Part shown: piece after piece, positions 1 to 10,320 of the stretch
How positions within the stretch are numbered: the stretch's first letter is position 1
Layout: each line of letters begins with the position of its first letter
Assembly (NCBI GenBank): GCA_963695855.1
Contig: CAVOHZ010000008.1
Location: forward strand, 224,001 to 288,000
Origin: an uncultured Nitrososphaerales archaeon
Lineage (GTDB): Archaea > Thermoproteota > Nitrososphaeria > Nitrososphaerales > Nitrososphaeraceae
Direction of reading: 5' to 3'
Length of the DNA: 64,000 nucleotides
Notes under the pieces: generated by a model
What the model was told of the DNA's origin: nothing
What the model saw: only the letters and a program-made list of their open reading frames with translations
The model's database searches: none
Program-made: the position numbers and the translations under genes

Positions 1-301
1 CTATTTTTACAGGAATTTTTTTCACTTTACTAAATCCATATCTTATGAAGTATCTTTTCAAAGAGTTGTAATGTAGCTGATTCATCCATTGGTTCTTCAT
101 CATTTTTATTTTTTATTAATGTAGAAATTATTACCCGTATAACATTATATTTCTCTATTGATCCATTATTTACAACAAGTTTTGAAAATTTATGTCCTGA
201 ATTATAGATAATACCTTTGGTATCAGTATAAAATTAGTAGTTTAATAGAATTTGCAGATCCATGAATAATTTTAAATTATATAATTATGTGTGTATAATA
301 T

Positions 302-799
302 TTGAAAAATAACGCTCTTAAATTAAGAACTATTATAAAAAATATCGGGGATGTAGGAGACCTAAATTCTGATACACTGATTAAAATTTCCTATGATCTC
401 TTTAAATCTGTAAAATTCTGTGTATGTGTTAATGTCGAAAATCCAGTATTAACCGAAGATCATTCCATCGAACATACATGTAAAAAATTCAATCATCATG
501 ACTCCGAACATGCTCCTTTATGTGAGTGCTGTCAAACGAACATGTTGACATATTATCTTGGAAAATGTATTGATCAATTGGATTATGAGGATAAACTCAT
601 AAAATATAATAATCCTATATTATCTTCTTACAGAATTGCAACAAGAACTTATGGTTTTACAAGAAATAAATCGATTATACAATTTAGAATTTTGAGACAT
701 CACAATGCCTGGAATGATCCTGAAAATATGTCTATTGGAGAGGAGATTCATGAATTTGATTTCGAAAAAATTAGCCTAAAAAAATTGGATGATTTTTAG
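302..799 (+). CDS. hypothetical protein (Cys/His-rich segment)
   Basis: 165-aa ORF in very AT-rich DNA; no family recognised. Confidence 0.55.
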   Translation: MKNNALKLRTIIKNIGDVGDLNSDTLIKISYDLFKSVKFCVCVNVENPVLTEDHSIEHTCKKFNHHDSEHAPLCECCQTNMLTYYLGKCIDQLDYEDKLIKYNNPILSSYRIATRTYGFTRNKSIIQFRILRHHNAWNDPENMSIGEEIHEFDFEKISLKKLDDF

Positions 800-863
800 T
801 CTGTGTTAAATAGGAAAATTCAAGGGAAATATAACTAAATCTACTGAAAATGATCTAAAGAAA

Positions 864-1148
864 ATGTTTAACGATGGAGATGAAAATGAATTCAAATTGG
901 GTATCATATCGAATTTTGAAATTAGGAAAAGAACGATAGTATATTTCACTTATCATGTTGTAAAAAATTTAATACATTTTAACGATGATCATTATAAGCT
1001 CCTAAATTTAATTGAAAAGTGTATTGATGAAACAACTGATAAAAATTTGTCAAGGGTAAAATCAAAAGCAGAGACAATGTTGGATTATAACAAAACTTAT
1101 TTACTGGAATATACTCAACATATGTTAAATAATACTTCAATACCATGA
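864..1148 (+). CDS. hypothetical protein
   Basis: 94-aa ATG ORF co-directional with the previous ORF. Confidence 0.5.
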   Translation: MFNDGDENEFKLGIISNFEIRKRTIVYFTYHVVKNLIHFNDDHYKLLNLIEKCIDETTDKNLSRVKSKAETMLDYNKTYLLEYTQHMLNNTSIP

Positions 1149-1428
1149 TATTGATCTTTAATTTTTGGAAAAGCGTTATTCATGATTTAGAAAGGCTGGC
1201 AGATTTTGCTAATATACTTCCTCATGCATTTTTAAAATTTCTAGGTCTAGCCTATTTAATTGTTTATTGAGATTACATATTTTTCCTTTAATATCCATGA
1301 GTTATAAGATATTAATTAAAAATGTTTTAGACCAGAAAAAGGAAAAAGATACAGTATTAAAAGGAAAATGATCTGATAATTCATTAGTTAATTTTAATGC
1401 TATTCACCTATCAGTAATATTTGGAGTT

Positions 1429-1710
1429 TCAATGCCATAAACATTCAAATTCGTCAATTGGCAAATCTAATTCCTTTTGTAGTTTCTGTATAATTTTAGC
1501 GTATTTGATTTCTTTATAATATTCTCCTTTAGCTCTAGCTATCCAATATCCTACCCAAGCCTTATGTATTGCCCCCCATGCTTGGTTTTCATAATATCCT
1601 GAAGATAGCATTCTAGAATATCTGCGGCCATATTTGTAGCCTTTATAGGGGTCCCATCTTTTTAATTTTACAAACTTGTCAAAAGTGAATCGGTATTTGT
1701 GAGATCTCAC
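1429..1710 (-). CDS. small basic, aromatic-rich hypothetical protein
   Basis: 93-aa ORF with protein-like composition (QAWGAIHKAWVGY...IQKLQKEL). Confidence 0.6.
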   Translation of the reverse strand: MRSHKYRFTFDKFVKLKRWDPYKGYKYGRRYSRMLSSGYYENQAWGAIHKAWVGYWIARAKGEYYKEIKYAKIIQKLQKELDLPIDEFECLWH

Positions 1711-2011
1711 ATAATATTTTAGTCTCTTTAAACTATTTATAATTTAAAAGTTTTGTAAGGAAAAATATTCAATTCTAAATCTATTATATTTCTTGCAATA
1801 TTTATAACATTTTAGAAATTTGAAGACAGAAGTGGTAATATACTTCCTCATGAGTTTTCAAGATTTATAAATGTTCCCTACCTAATTTCATAGCTTCATT
1901 AAAGAGAACTTATTTTCCTTTTAACACATACTAATAGTCATAAAATTGATAAATTATTATAATAATTATCTTCTCATCTGTTTATCACTGAATATACAAG
2001 ATAAAAAAAAG

Positions 2012-3097
2012 TTATTGGTTGGGATAAGGCATACTTGTTTCCAACATATATTCTTCCATTGCTTTTTCTCTTTGTTTAACTATTTTTTCAATATCAAGTT
2101 CATCATATCCTTCAGCTAATTCATTATTGACAGTAACTACTTCCACATTGACATTTTCGTAAGGAGGTCCAATTCCAATTCTATTAGGTAAATACTTTAC
2201 GTCTTCTTCAGTAGTAATTAAGCTTCCTGGTGGAACAAATTTATTATCTGGGATTTCTACTCCACCGGTTATAGTACTACCAACTCCAACAGAAACATGA
2301 TTTCCTACTTTTGCATTAAATATTAAACTCTCCATTCCAACAAATGTATCATGTCCTACATATGCAGGCCCATGAACAAGTGTTCCATGTGCTAAACTAG
2401 TTCTTTCACCTACAAATACTGCATAACCTTCTTCAAATCCTGGATCATTACCTTTTAATAATTCACCTTCTGCACTAAAACGTCTATCATCTAGATTTAT
2501 TCCATTTTTGGTTGTTTCTAAGGCATGAATAACTACATCATCTTGTACATTTGAGAAAGCAGAGATATGGATAGGTGTGCCTTCATCTCCTCTGCAAACA
2601 GCAGTGGGAGCTACCATTACTTGTTCACCAATAGAACATGCTCCAATTACTACAGCAAATGGATGAATGAATGCAGTATCTTCAATTTCAGGAAAAGCAA
2701 CAGTTGGATTAAAATCTGTAAGGACATTTTGATGAATATTAGGCCAATTATCATATCCATCATATGATCTCTCTTTCATGTAATCATTATGTCGCTTGTA
2801 GTCATCATATCCATCATATGATCTCTCTTTCATGTAATCATTATGTCGCTTGTAGTCATCATATCCATCATATGATCTCTCTTTCATGTAATCATTATGT
2901 CGCTTGTAGTCATCATATCCATCATATGATCTCTCTTTCATGTAATCATTATGTCGCTTGTAGTCATCATATCCATCTTCTGCTGCGTTTGCTCCTACAA
3001 TCAATGAAGGAGATGCTATGACAATAATTCCTGCTAATAAAATACTAGCTAAAAATATTGCACTAGTTCTTTTTACTGATACTATTCTATTATTCAC
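2012..3097 (-). CDS. cam: secreted gamma-class carbonic anhydrase (Cam-like) with N-terminal repeats
   Basis: Hexapeptide repeats; RGDEG, NVQDDVVIHALET and SLAHGTLVHGPA carry the three His ligands; hydrophobic signal peptide. Confidence 0.9.
   Translation of the reverse strand: MNNRIVSVKRTSAIFLASILLAGIIVIASPSLIVGANAAEDGYDDYKRHNDYMKERSYDGYDDYKRHNDYMKERSYDGYDDYKRHNDYMKERSYDGYDDYKRHNDYMKERSYDGYDNWPNIHQNVLTDFNPTVAFPEIEDTAFIHPFAVVIGACSIGEQVMVAPTAVCRGDEGTPIHISAFSNVQDDVVIHALETTKNGINLDDRRFSAEGELLKGNDPGFEEGYAVFVGERTSLAHGTLVHGPAYVGHDTFVGMESLIFNAKVGNHVSVGVGSTITGGVEIPDNKFVPPGSLITTEEDVKYLPNRIGIGPPYENVNVEVVTVNNELAEGYDELDIEKIVKQREKAMEEYMLETSMPYPNQ
2751..2977. repeat. 54-bp perfect tandem repeat, ~4.2 copies (YDGYDDYKRHNDYMKERS)
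   Basis: Unit tcatatccatcatatgatctctctttcatgtaatcattatgtcgcttgtagtca repeated. Confidence 0.95.
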
Positions 3098-3431
3098 TAT
3101 TCAAATATATTGTCTTTATTATATTTGACGTACGATAGATGAATAAAGATTCTTTGAATACAAAGTTCTAATAGTTGATTTTTTAAATATATCTACAATA
3201 AGATAAATATAGTGAACTATTATAGACATTTATTGAATATAAATCAGTAGGAAAATTTGTAGTCTCAATAAATACCAATAACAATTCTATAATAAGAGTT
3301 TAATGCAGAGAGACTTCTTGTATTTATTACGAACTCAAATGTTAAATGGATAGGCTTTATAATTATCTTTCGGGAAATAATTATTAAAAAACCAAATATA
3401 GATTTCGGCCCTGTTAACTTTAGGATAAAAT

Positions 3432-4362
3432 AAGGTAATACCTACATAGTTGGAGCAGATTTTATCATTAATTTTGATAATTCATAGAAAATATCCTTCT
3501 CCCTGTTATTGAATCTGAATTCTATCTCTTTTAGATATACATGAAAATACTGTTTAGGTACTCCCCTGTAATGATACAACCATGTCTTGGCATAACTCCA
3601 GAATCCTTCAATTCTATTAATATGGGTATCTTCTCTTACATATTCATCTCTTCCATGTGCAACGACTTGATGTTTTCCAATCATATTCAACATTGCATAT
3701 GCAGTATGGTCATCAGAATAGTACAACGATCCTTTCTTGGTATATTGTTTTATCAAGGGAATAAGTGTCTCATGTTTTCTATCAGATACTGGAAATGTAA
3801 TAACAATTCCATTTCTCTTGTAGATACCAAATACCAGATTTTTGTGCTCAATTACACCCCATCCTCTCTTGCCACCTTTTCTATAACCACCAAATAACGC
3901 TTCATCAATTTCAATCTCACCAGATAACTTTAATTCATGTAGTTGTTGTAGCGATTTATCATATATCGTTTGTCTAAATAATCGAAATGTTCTTTCTATT
4001 GTTGATAGATCACATGATACATAAAATCTAATTCTATATGCAGGTACTCCTAATGTAAATAGATAAAGTAAGTGTATGATATTGCTAAGCGATGTTCGTA
4101 TCTGTCCGAGATATGTACCTGTAAATTCACTAAAATTATATCTGCAACGTTTACAGCCATACCTATTTGATTTCAGATAATATAGAAGTCTATACCTACA
4201 TCTAGGACATATTCTTTTTCCATTCCATCTAAGATTACGAAAATATATACTACTTTTCTTATCGCTTGATGCTAGGTCTATTGGATCATATTTACGCACA
4301 AATATGTATAAAATAACATATCATGTGTTTATTTTTTGCTCCAAATGTACAGGTATTACCTT
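3432..4362 (-). mobile_element. IS1595-family insertion sequence
   Basis: Imperfect ~26-bp TIRs aaggtaatacctacatagttggagca / tgctccaaatgtacaggtattacctt around the transposase; no clear TSD. Confidence 0.85.
3442..4299 (-). CDS. IS1595-family transposase
   Basis: N-terminal CPRC..CKRC zinc ribbon; EIDE, YSDD, HINRIEGFWS, YLKEIEFRFN motifs. Confidence 0.92.
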   Translation of the reverse strand: MRKYDPIDLASSDKKSSIYFRNLRWNGKRICPRCRYRLLYYLKSNRYGCKRCRYNFSEFTGTYLGQIRTSLSNIIHLLYLFTLGVPAYRIRFYVSCDLSTIERTFRLFRQTIYDKSLQQLHELKLSGEIEIDEALFGGYRKGGKRGWGVIEHKNLVFGIYKRNGIVITFPVSDRKHETLIPLIKQYTKKGSLYYSDDHTAYAMLNMIGKHQVVAHGRDEYVREDTHINRIEGFWSYAKTWLYHYRGVPKQYFHVYLKEIEFRFNNREKDIFYELSKLMIKSAPTM

Positions 4363-4588
4363 GTTAAATGATATTAGTAATCCTTCTTTTATCTTATTTA
4401 TCATATTTTTTCAAAAAATCTCTAGAGTATACTGGTGTCCACAATAAATTAATTTCAGTTTGTGATAGTAAAGTGATAAAGCTACTAGTACGAATTTGGA
4501 ATTTCTTATATTGCTGTTGTAAATATATACAAACCATGCAATGCTATATTTCCTCTGTTAATGACATGCATTTCTCTGGTGTGTAAAT

Positions 4589-5485
4589 GTGATTAGGTCT
4601 GATACTATAACAAATTACTTGACTTTCATAAGGTTGCCAAATATTTTTACCACTATACCAAATATCCTTGTTGGATATTTTCTATTTACTAATATAAAGG
4701 ATACAAATTATATTGATCTGTTTTTATTGATATCTATTTCTATTTTATTGTATATTGGAGGAATAGTTTTAAATGATTATGTAGACTTAAAAAAAGATAA
4801 AAAAGAAAGACCATCACGACCTCTTCCTTCAAACAAAATTCCAAAGAAAAATGCTCTCTATATTTACATTATATCTATTTCATCTTCGTTAATTTTATCT
4901 ATATTTACAGGTGTCACTGGCTTTTTGATAACAGTTATAATAATTGTTCTAATTTTTATCTATAATTTATACTCAAAAGAAAGATCACTGGGACCTGTAA
5001 ATATGGGATTGATACGAAGTTTGAACGTTCTATTAGGTTCTAGCATTTCTTTTTCCTTGTTTGATTTACAATTTACTAGCCTCAAGTTTATTATTATCCT
5101 CTTTTTTGAATTTTTATATGTTTTTGTAATTACATTCACAAGCAGAAACGAAGTCAAAATAGATTCTACAGAGAATCACTTTCTGTTATCATTTTCTATA
5201 ATTTATTTAATAATATTTTCAATATTGTTTTTAATTTTTATTGACATCTTTAACTTTGATTCAATAATAAATACCATAATATTTACAGTTGCTATAGTTT
5301 ATTCACATCTATATTTCTATAAAAATAAAATCTCAATACAAAAATTAATATCATTTCTCATAATTTTTATGGTTATATACGATTCAATTTTTATCGCCGA
5401 AAGCATAGGATATTTATATGGATCCACCGTACTTCTTTTAATACCTCTTATTATATTTCTTGGGAAAAAGATGTATATGACATAG
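4589..5485 (+). CDS. UbiA-family prenyltransferase (EboC-like)
   Basis: RLPNIFT, GGIVLNDYVDLKKDKKERPSRPLPS, GPVNMGLIRSLNVLLG; multiple TM segments. Confidence 0.88.
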   Translation: MIRSDTITNYLTFIRLPNIFTTIPNILVGYFLFTNIKDTNYIDLFLLISISILLYIGGIVLNDYVDLKKDKKERPSRPLPSNKIPKKNALYIYIISISSSLILSIFTGVTGFLITVIIIVLIFIYNLYSKERSLGPVNMGLIRSLNVLLGSSISFSLFDLQFTSLKFIIILFFEFLYVFVITFTSRNEVKIDSTENHFLLSFSIIYLIIFSILFLIFIDIFNFDSIINTIIFTVAIVYSHLYFYKNKISIQKLISFLIIFMVIYDSIFIAESIGYLYGSTVLLLIPLIIFLGKKMYMT

Positions 5486-5590
5486 CTTTTTTTATTTTTA
5501 GTATCCAATACAGGACACATTTTATAGAAAATATTCATTTTTAAACCATATTCTTTAAATCTAGTAACACCCAGATACTAATACAAATTC

Positions 5591-6922
5591 ATGAAAAGAC
5601 ATACCATAGTTATTGATATAGTTGGATTAGAAGAAAAACATCTTGCTTCGAACTATCTTCCCGCAATAAACAATTTTGCAAGCCTTGGAGAATATTGCAA
5701 ACTAAAACCTGTATTTCCAGCAGTTACCAGTTCCGTACAGACTAGCTTCTTAACTGGTGAATATCCAAACAGCCATGGAATTGTATCAAACGGTTTTATG
5801 GATCGTAATACATATAATGTGTTATTTTGGGAACAATATTCTTCATTAGTTCAAGCTCCGAGGATATGGGACTTTATAAAGAAAAGAGATCCTAACTTAA
5901 ATACCTCAGTACTTTTTTGGCAGAATACCCTATATGCAAATTCAGATGTTATAATAACTCCAAAACCCATCCATTTAGAAGATGAGATGATCATGTGGTG
6001 TTATTCAAAACCTGTTGGTTATTATGAAGAGATTGCGAAAAAAATTGGTAATTTCGATTTATCAAAATACTGGGGACCATTCGCATCACACTTATCTAGT
6101 GAATGGATTTGTAATGCAACTCAATATACCATCGAAAAATATAAACCCAATCTGCTGTTTACATATATTCCTCATGTTGATTATTCAGCTCAAAGATTTG
6201 GAAAAGATAGTAGTGAAGTTCATAACGATCTAGTAAAGGCTGATAGGCTTGTTGAAAGGATTATCGAATCTACAAAAAACGTTGGAATCTACGATAATAC
6301 TCAATTTGTAATTTTTTCAGAATATTCTTTTAATGATGTTAACAATGCTATCCCTATCAATTTAGTTCTTAGGGATAGTTCTATGCTAAATGTTAGAGAG
6401 ATAAATGGGAAAGAATACGTAGATTTTGAATTCAGTAAAGCATTTGCGGTAGTTGATCATCAAGTTGCTAATATTTATATTAAATCTAGTCAAGAATTCA
6501 GCAACGTATTAAAAATACTTCAAAATATTCCTGATATAGAAATAATAATAACTAATGAAGAGAAAAAATTTTATAATATTAACCATGAACGGACAGGGGA
6601 TATCATAGCAGTTTCAAAACGTAATAAATGGTTTAGTTACTACTGGTGGTATGACAAGGAACGTGCACCAGATTTTGCTAAACATGTGGATATCCATAGA
6701 AAACCAGGTTATGATCCACTCGAATTATTTATTAATCCTCAAACCAAATCTATTCCATTTGAAACCAATTTGATTAAAGGTTCACATGGACGACCGTTCA
6801 ATCCCCAAACTTTGGAAGGTTATTCACTTTATGTTTCTAACGTTAAATCTGGTATTCAAAAGGACTCTGAAAATGCCATCAACGTGGTAGATATTGGAAA
6901 ATATTTGATTGGTTCTATCTAA
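5591..6922 (+). CDS. alkaline phosphatase / nucleotide pyrophosphatase family protein (EboF-like)
   Basis: IDIVGL, FPAVTSSVQ, AFAVVDHQVA, VDIHRKPGYDPLELF, IKGSHGR. Confidence 0.88.
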   Translation: MKRHTIVIDIVGLEEKHLASNYLPAINNFASLGEYCKLKPVFPAVTSSVQTSFLTGEYPNSHGIVSNGFMDRNTYNVLFWEQYSSLVQAPRIWDFIKKRDPNLNTSVLFWQNTLYANSDVIITPKPIHLEDEMIMWCYSKPVGYYEEIAKKIGNFDLSKYWGPFASHLSSEWICNATQYTIEKYKPNLLFTYIPHVDYSAQRFGKDSSEVHNDLVKADRLVERIIESTKNVGIYDNTQFVIFSEYSFNDVNNAIPINLVLRDSSMLNVREINGKEYVDFEFSKAFAVVDHQVANIYIKSSQEFSNVLKILQNIPDIEIIITNEEKKFYNINHERTGDIIAVSKRNKWFSYYWWYDKERAPDFAKHVDIHRKPGYDPLELFINPQTKSIPFETNLIKGSHGRPFNPQTLEGYSLYVSNVKSGIQKDSENAINVVDIGKYLIGSI

Positions 6923-6931
6923 ACAAATTAT

Positions 6932-7789
6932 ATGGTGCTATATTTGATAAATTATTGCATAACACTCAATTCATTCCATGATAGTCAATCACTCGAGAAA
7001 ATTCTGGAAAATCTAGTGAGATGTAATTATGATGGAATAGAAATTGAGGGAACCCCAAATCAATTTTCTTGGAAACAATATCTGGATAACATAAAGTCCT
7101 ATAATTTACCAGTAATCGGGGTAACCGGAGCGTGGACAAAAAGAGATATGGAGAATGGACATAATCCCGTTCTTCTCACAAATGATTATAATAAATTATC
7201 ATATTCAATAACATATATCCAAAATTGTATTAAAATGTGTAACTATCTAGGTGGAAACTTATTTAATATCTGTTTGTTATCTGATTATTCAGAATCACAA
7301 GATTTCAATCATACATATATTTCTACCCGAGAAAAAAAGAAATCTTTGCAACAAATAACGTCAATTTTATCAGATCTATCAAAATTCGCCCAACAATATG
7401 GCGTATATCTCTTATTAGAACCCTTGAATAGATATTCGACACCTTATTTTGTTCAAGCAAATGATGCTATAGAACTTTCTTCAAAGATCAATCATGACCA
7501 CTTGCTCTTGTTATTAGATACATATCACATGAATATTGAGGAAAAAAAATTTTCTGAAGCAATCAATCACAGTAAAAAATTTCTAAAACACATTCACTTA
7601 TCAGATAACAATAGACTAATGCCAGGACGAGGCCATATAGATTTTGACTTGATAATAAAATCATTAAAGAATATTAATTACAAAAATAAAATCAGTTTTG
7701 AAATTATTCTCCCTCGTAAAAACTATATACCAGATCTTAAATATGGCCTTAATTATATAAAAAAAATCTCAAAAAAATACGATTTATGA
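6932..7789 (+). CDS. sugar phosphate isomerase/epimerase (xylose-isomerase-like TIM barrel)
   Basis: LEPLNRY, LDTYHMNIEE, HIHLSDNNRLMPGRGHIDF. Confidence 0.9.
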   Translation: MVLYLINYCITLNSFHDSQSLEKILENLVRCNYDGIEIEGTPNQFSWKQYLDNIKSYNLPVIGVTGAWTKRDMENGHNPVLLTNDYNKLSYSITYIQNCIKMCNYLGGNLFNICLLSDYSESQDFNHTYISTREKKKSLQQITSILSDLSKFAQQYGVYLLLEPLNRYSTPYFVQANDAIELSSKINHDHLLLLLDTYHMNIEEKKFSEAINHSKKFLKHIHLSDNNRLMPGRGHIDFDLIIKSLKNINYKNKISFEIILPRKNYIPDLKYGLNYIKKISKKYDL

Positions 7790-7856
7790 CAAACAATCGT
7801 TTAAACGATTCCCCTAAAGATTTCAATACAATACTTTACTTCCAAATTTATTGATC

Positions 7857-8795
7857 CTAGAAATGTTTTTTCAAATCTTCCTGCCAAGCAATTAAACTGT
7901 TCATATCCGAGGTTACATAATCCGGATTGAGGTCTTTTGCAATCGACAGAATTTCTCGTTTAACAAATAGGATTATCTTGATTTCTTCAGTCAATTTATT
8001 TTTTAAAAATTTCGCAGTTGTAAATAGAAATCGAAGAGAAGTTTCTTCTGAGGAAAAGATAAAAATATTCTTTAATCCTTTTTTACGATCCCATAATTTG
8101 GTCATATATCTTTGAATGTCTATATCAAAAAAAGGATCTATATGTTGTTCTATATTTCCTATATAAATAGTATGAAGTCCTATTATTTCAGATGCTATTG
8201 AAGCAATTTTAGAATTATATGTTTGATCTTCATTTCCAGCTATGAATATATTATATACACTATAATTAGCTGTTTCTCTATGATAATGCTGCGAGAGTAA
8301 AATCATCAAGTCAAATAATTGGTTATTTAACGAAATTAATTCTGTTTCTCCTAATCTTCCTCGATTGTAAATCTCATTCAAAGTATTAAAAGAAGGAATA
8401 AAAATCTCTTTGATTATTCTAATAATATCCCTATCTGAATAAATAGTACTTAATAATATTTTACCTGTTTCGTTCTTATTATTACCTAATAGTGCAGTAA
8501 TAAAATTTTGTTGTATCTGCAAATAATTTAAAGGAAGTTCTAATTCCATCACGCCCGGTTCCAATGTCCAAATATTTACCGAACCAATTTTCTTTCTTTT
8601 AATTAATCCTATTACTGCCAAAATGTTAAGATATTTCGTTATGGTCATTCGATTTACATGAATGGCATTAGCTAATTCAACACTAGACATGCCTGCATCA
8701 TTCATTTTCAGACTTTCAATAACTTTATGTTTAATTTCATCAATTGTATATCTTCTATACAATAATCTAAGATTATTGATAGAATACAAAAACAT
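7857..8795 (-). CDS. winged-HTH transcriptional regulator with possible B12-binding-like C-terminal domains
   Basis: MSSVELANAIHVNRMTITKYLNILAVIGLI HTH; helical segment ending EIYNRGRL resembles the B12-binding cap domain. Confidence 0.65.
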   Translation of the reverse strand: MFLYSINNLRLLYRRYTIDEIKHKVIESLKMNDAGMSSVELANAIHVNRMTITKYLNILAVIGLIKRKKIGSVNIWTLEPGVMELELPLNYLQIQQNFITALLGNNKNETGKILLSTIYSDRDIIRIIKEIFIPSFNTLNEIYNRGRLGETELISLNNQLFDLMILLSQHYHRETANYSVYNIFIAGNEDQTYNSKIASIASEIIGLHTIYIGNIEQHIDPFFDIDIQRYMTKLWDRKKGLKNIFIFSSEETSLRFLFTTAKFLKNKLTEEIKIILFVKREILSIAKDLNPDYVTSDMNSLIAWQEDLKKHF

Positions 8796-8915
8796 TTAGC
8801 ATGTTCACTCAATTTTACAAACAGTACATCATATTCTTTAGTATCTGATTCTAGCATCTGATTCTAGTATCACCAAAAAGTTTAAATTTAATGTAATTAT
8901 TGGCATCGCCTGACT

Positions 8916-10133
8916 ATGATTAAAGAGAAATGTGTACTTGCCTATTCGGGTGGTCTCGATACTTCAGTATGTATAAAGTATTTACAGTTATTGCATGATC
9001 TAGATGTAGTTACTGTTACCGTAAACATTGGACAGAATGATGATTTCGAGGAGATAGCAAATAGATCTAAACTAGTAGGTGCGATAAAACATTATAACAT
9101 TGATGCTTCCTCAGAATTCACCGAAAATTACATCATTCCATCTATAAAAGCAAATGGATTGTATGAAAATCGATATCCGTTAGCTACAGCCTTAGCAAGG
9201 CCCTTAATAGCTAAAAAAGCTGTAGATATAGCAACAAAGGAAAATGCAAAATATATTGCTCACGGATGTACTGGAAAAGGGAACGATCAAATAAGATTCG
9301 ATATTACTATTAAATGCCTAAATCCTGATCTAAAAATTATTGCTCCGATACGTGATTTGAATCTGACAAGAGATAAAGAAATACATTTTGCCAACGAACA
9401 TAAAATCCCTGTAAATACTGAGGTAAAGAAATATAGCATTGACGAAAATTTATGGGGCAGATCGATTGAAGGTGGCGATCTAGAGGATCTATTAAATGAA
9501 CCACCAGACGAGTGGTTCAAATATGTCAAGTTTGATAATCCGAAGGCCGGATATTTAGAAATTGATTTTGAAGCTGGTATTCCTGTCTGTGTAGAAGGAC
9601 AAAGAATGAATTTGACAGATTTGATAAATTATGTAAATATCAAGGCGGGGTCTTATGGGGTAGGCATAATTGACCATGTGGAAGATAGAGTAATAGGTAT
9701 CAAATCTAGAGAAATTTATGAATGTCCAGCTGCTTGTGTCTTGATCGAATCACACCAAGATCTTGAAAAATTGGTTTTAACTTCCCATGAATTACGATTT
9801 AAACATTTTGTGGACCAACAATGGAGTTGGATGACCTACTCAGGACTATGGCAAGATCCATTGGTAAACGATTTGGATAGATTTATAGATGCAACGCAAA
9901 ACAGAGTTACAGGAACAGTAAAGATGAGATTGCAAAACGGTTCTATGAGGGTTGTAGGAAGAAGATCAGAATTCTCTTTATACAAAAACGAATTGGCAAC
10001 TTATTCTTCTGGTTCTATTTTTGATCAAACGTTAGCGAAGGGTTTTGTTGAATTATGGGGATTACAATCGGTTACTGCAAATTCTATAGCAATTAATTTA
10101 AATAAAAAAGAGAATAAAGGAGAAGAACAATAG
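8916..10133 (+). CDS. argG: argininosuccinate synthase
   Basis: LAYSGGLDTS, AHGCTGKGNDQIRF, YSIDENLWGRSIE. Confidence 0.97.
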   Translation: MIKEKCVLAYSGGLDTSVCIKYLQLLHDLDVVTVTVNIGQNDDFEEIANRSKLVGAIKHYNIDASSEFTENYIIPSIKANGLYENRYPLATALARPLIAKKAVDIATKENAKYIAHGCTGKGNDQIRFDITIKCLNPDLKIIAPIRDLNLTRDKEIHFANEHKIPVNTEVKKYSIDENLWGRSIEGGDLEDLLNEPPDEWFKYVKFDNPKAGYLEIDFEAGIPVCVEGQRMNLTDLINYVNIKAGSYGVGIIDHVEDRVIGIKSREIYECPAACVLIESHQDLEKLVLTSHELRFKHFVDQQWSWMTYSGLWQDPLVNDLDRFIDATQNRVTGTVKMRLQNGSMRVVGRRSEFSLYKNELATYSSGSIFDQTLAKGFVELWGLQSVTANSIAINLNKKENKGEEQ

Positions 10134-10134
10134 A

Positions 10135-10308
10135 ATGAAGAAAGAATGTAGTGATTGTGGAGGAGAAATAAATATTCCAGACGATGCCGTGGTTGGGGAA
10201 ATTGTTTCTTGTCCTGATTGCGGAGGCGACTTTGAAATATCTTCAAAGTCAAATGATAACATTGAATTAAAAAATGCAGAATCGGTAGGAGAAGACTGGG
10301 GAGAATAA
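10135..10308 (+). CDS. lysW: amino-group carrier protein LysW/ArgW (57 aa; not in ORF track)
   Basis: Hand translation MKKECSDCGGEINIPDDAVVGEIVSCPDCGGDFEISSKSNDNIELKNAESVGEDWGE: zinc ribbon plus EDWGE. Confidence 0.95.
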   Translation: MKKECSDCGGEINIPDDAVVGEIVSCPDCGGDFEISSKSNDNIELKNAESVGEDWGE

Positions 10309-10320
10309 ACTTGAAAAAAA

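Noticed and set aside
2751-2977. 54-bp repeats as a CRISPR array
   Set aside because: Contiguous identical units with no spacers, in frame within the carbonic anhydrase gene
2567-3021. Plus-strand ORFs, including the His-rich repeat ORF 2764-3021
   Set aside because: Antisense shadows of the carbonic anhydrase gene
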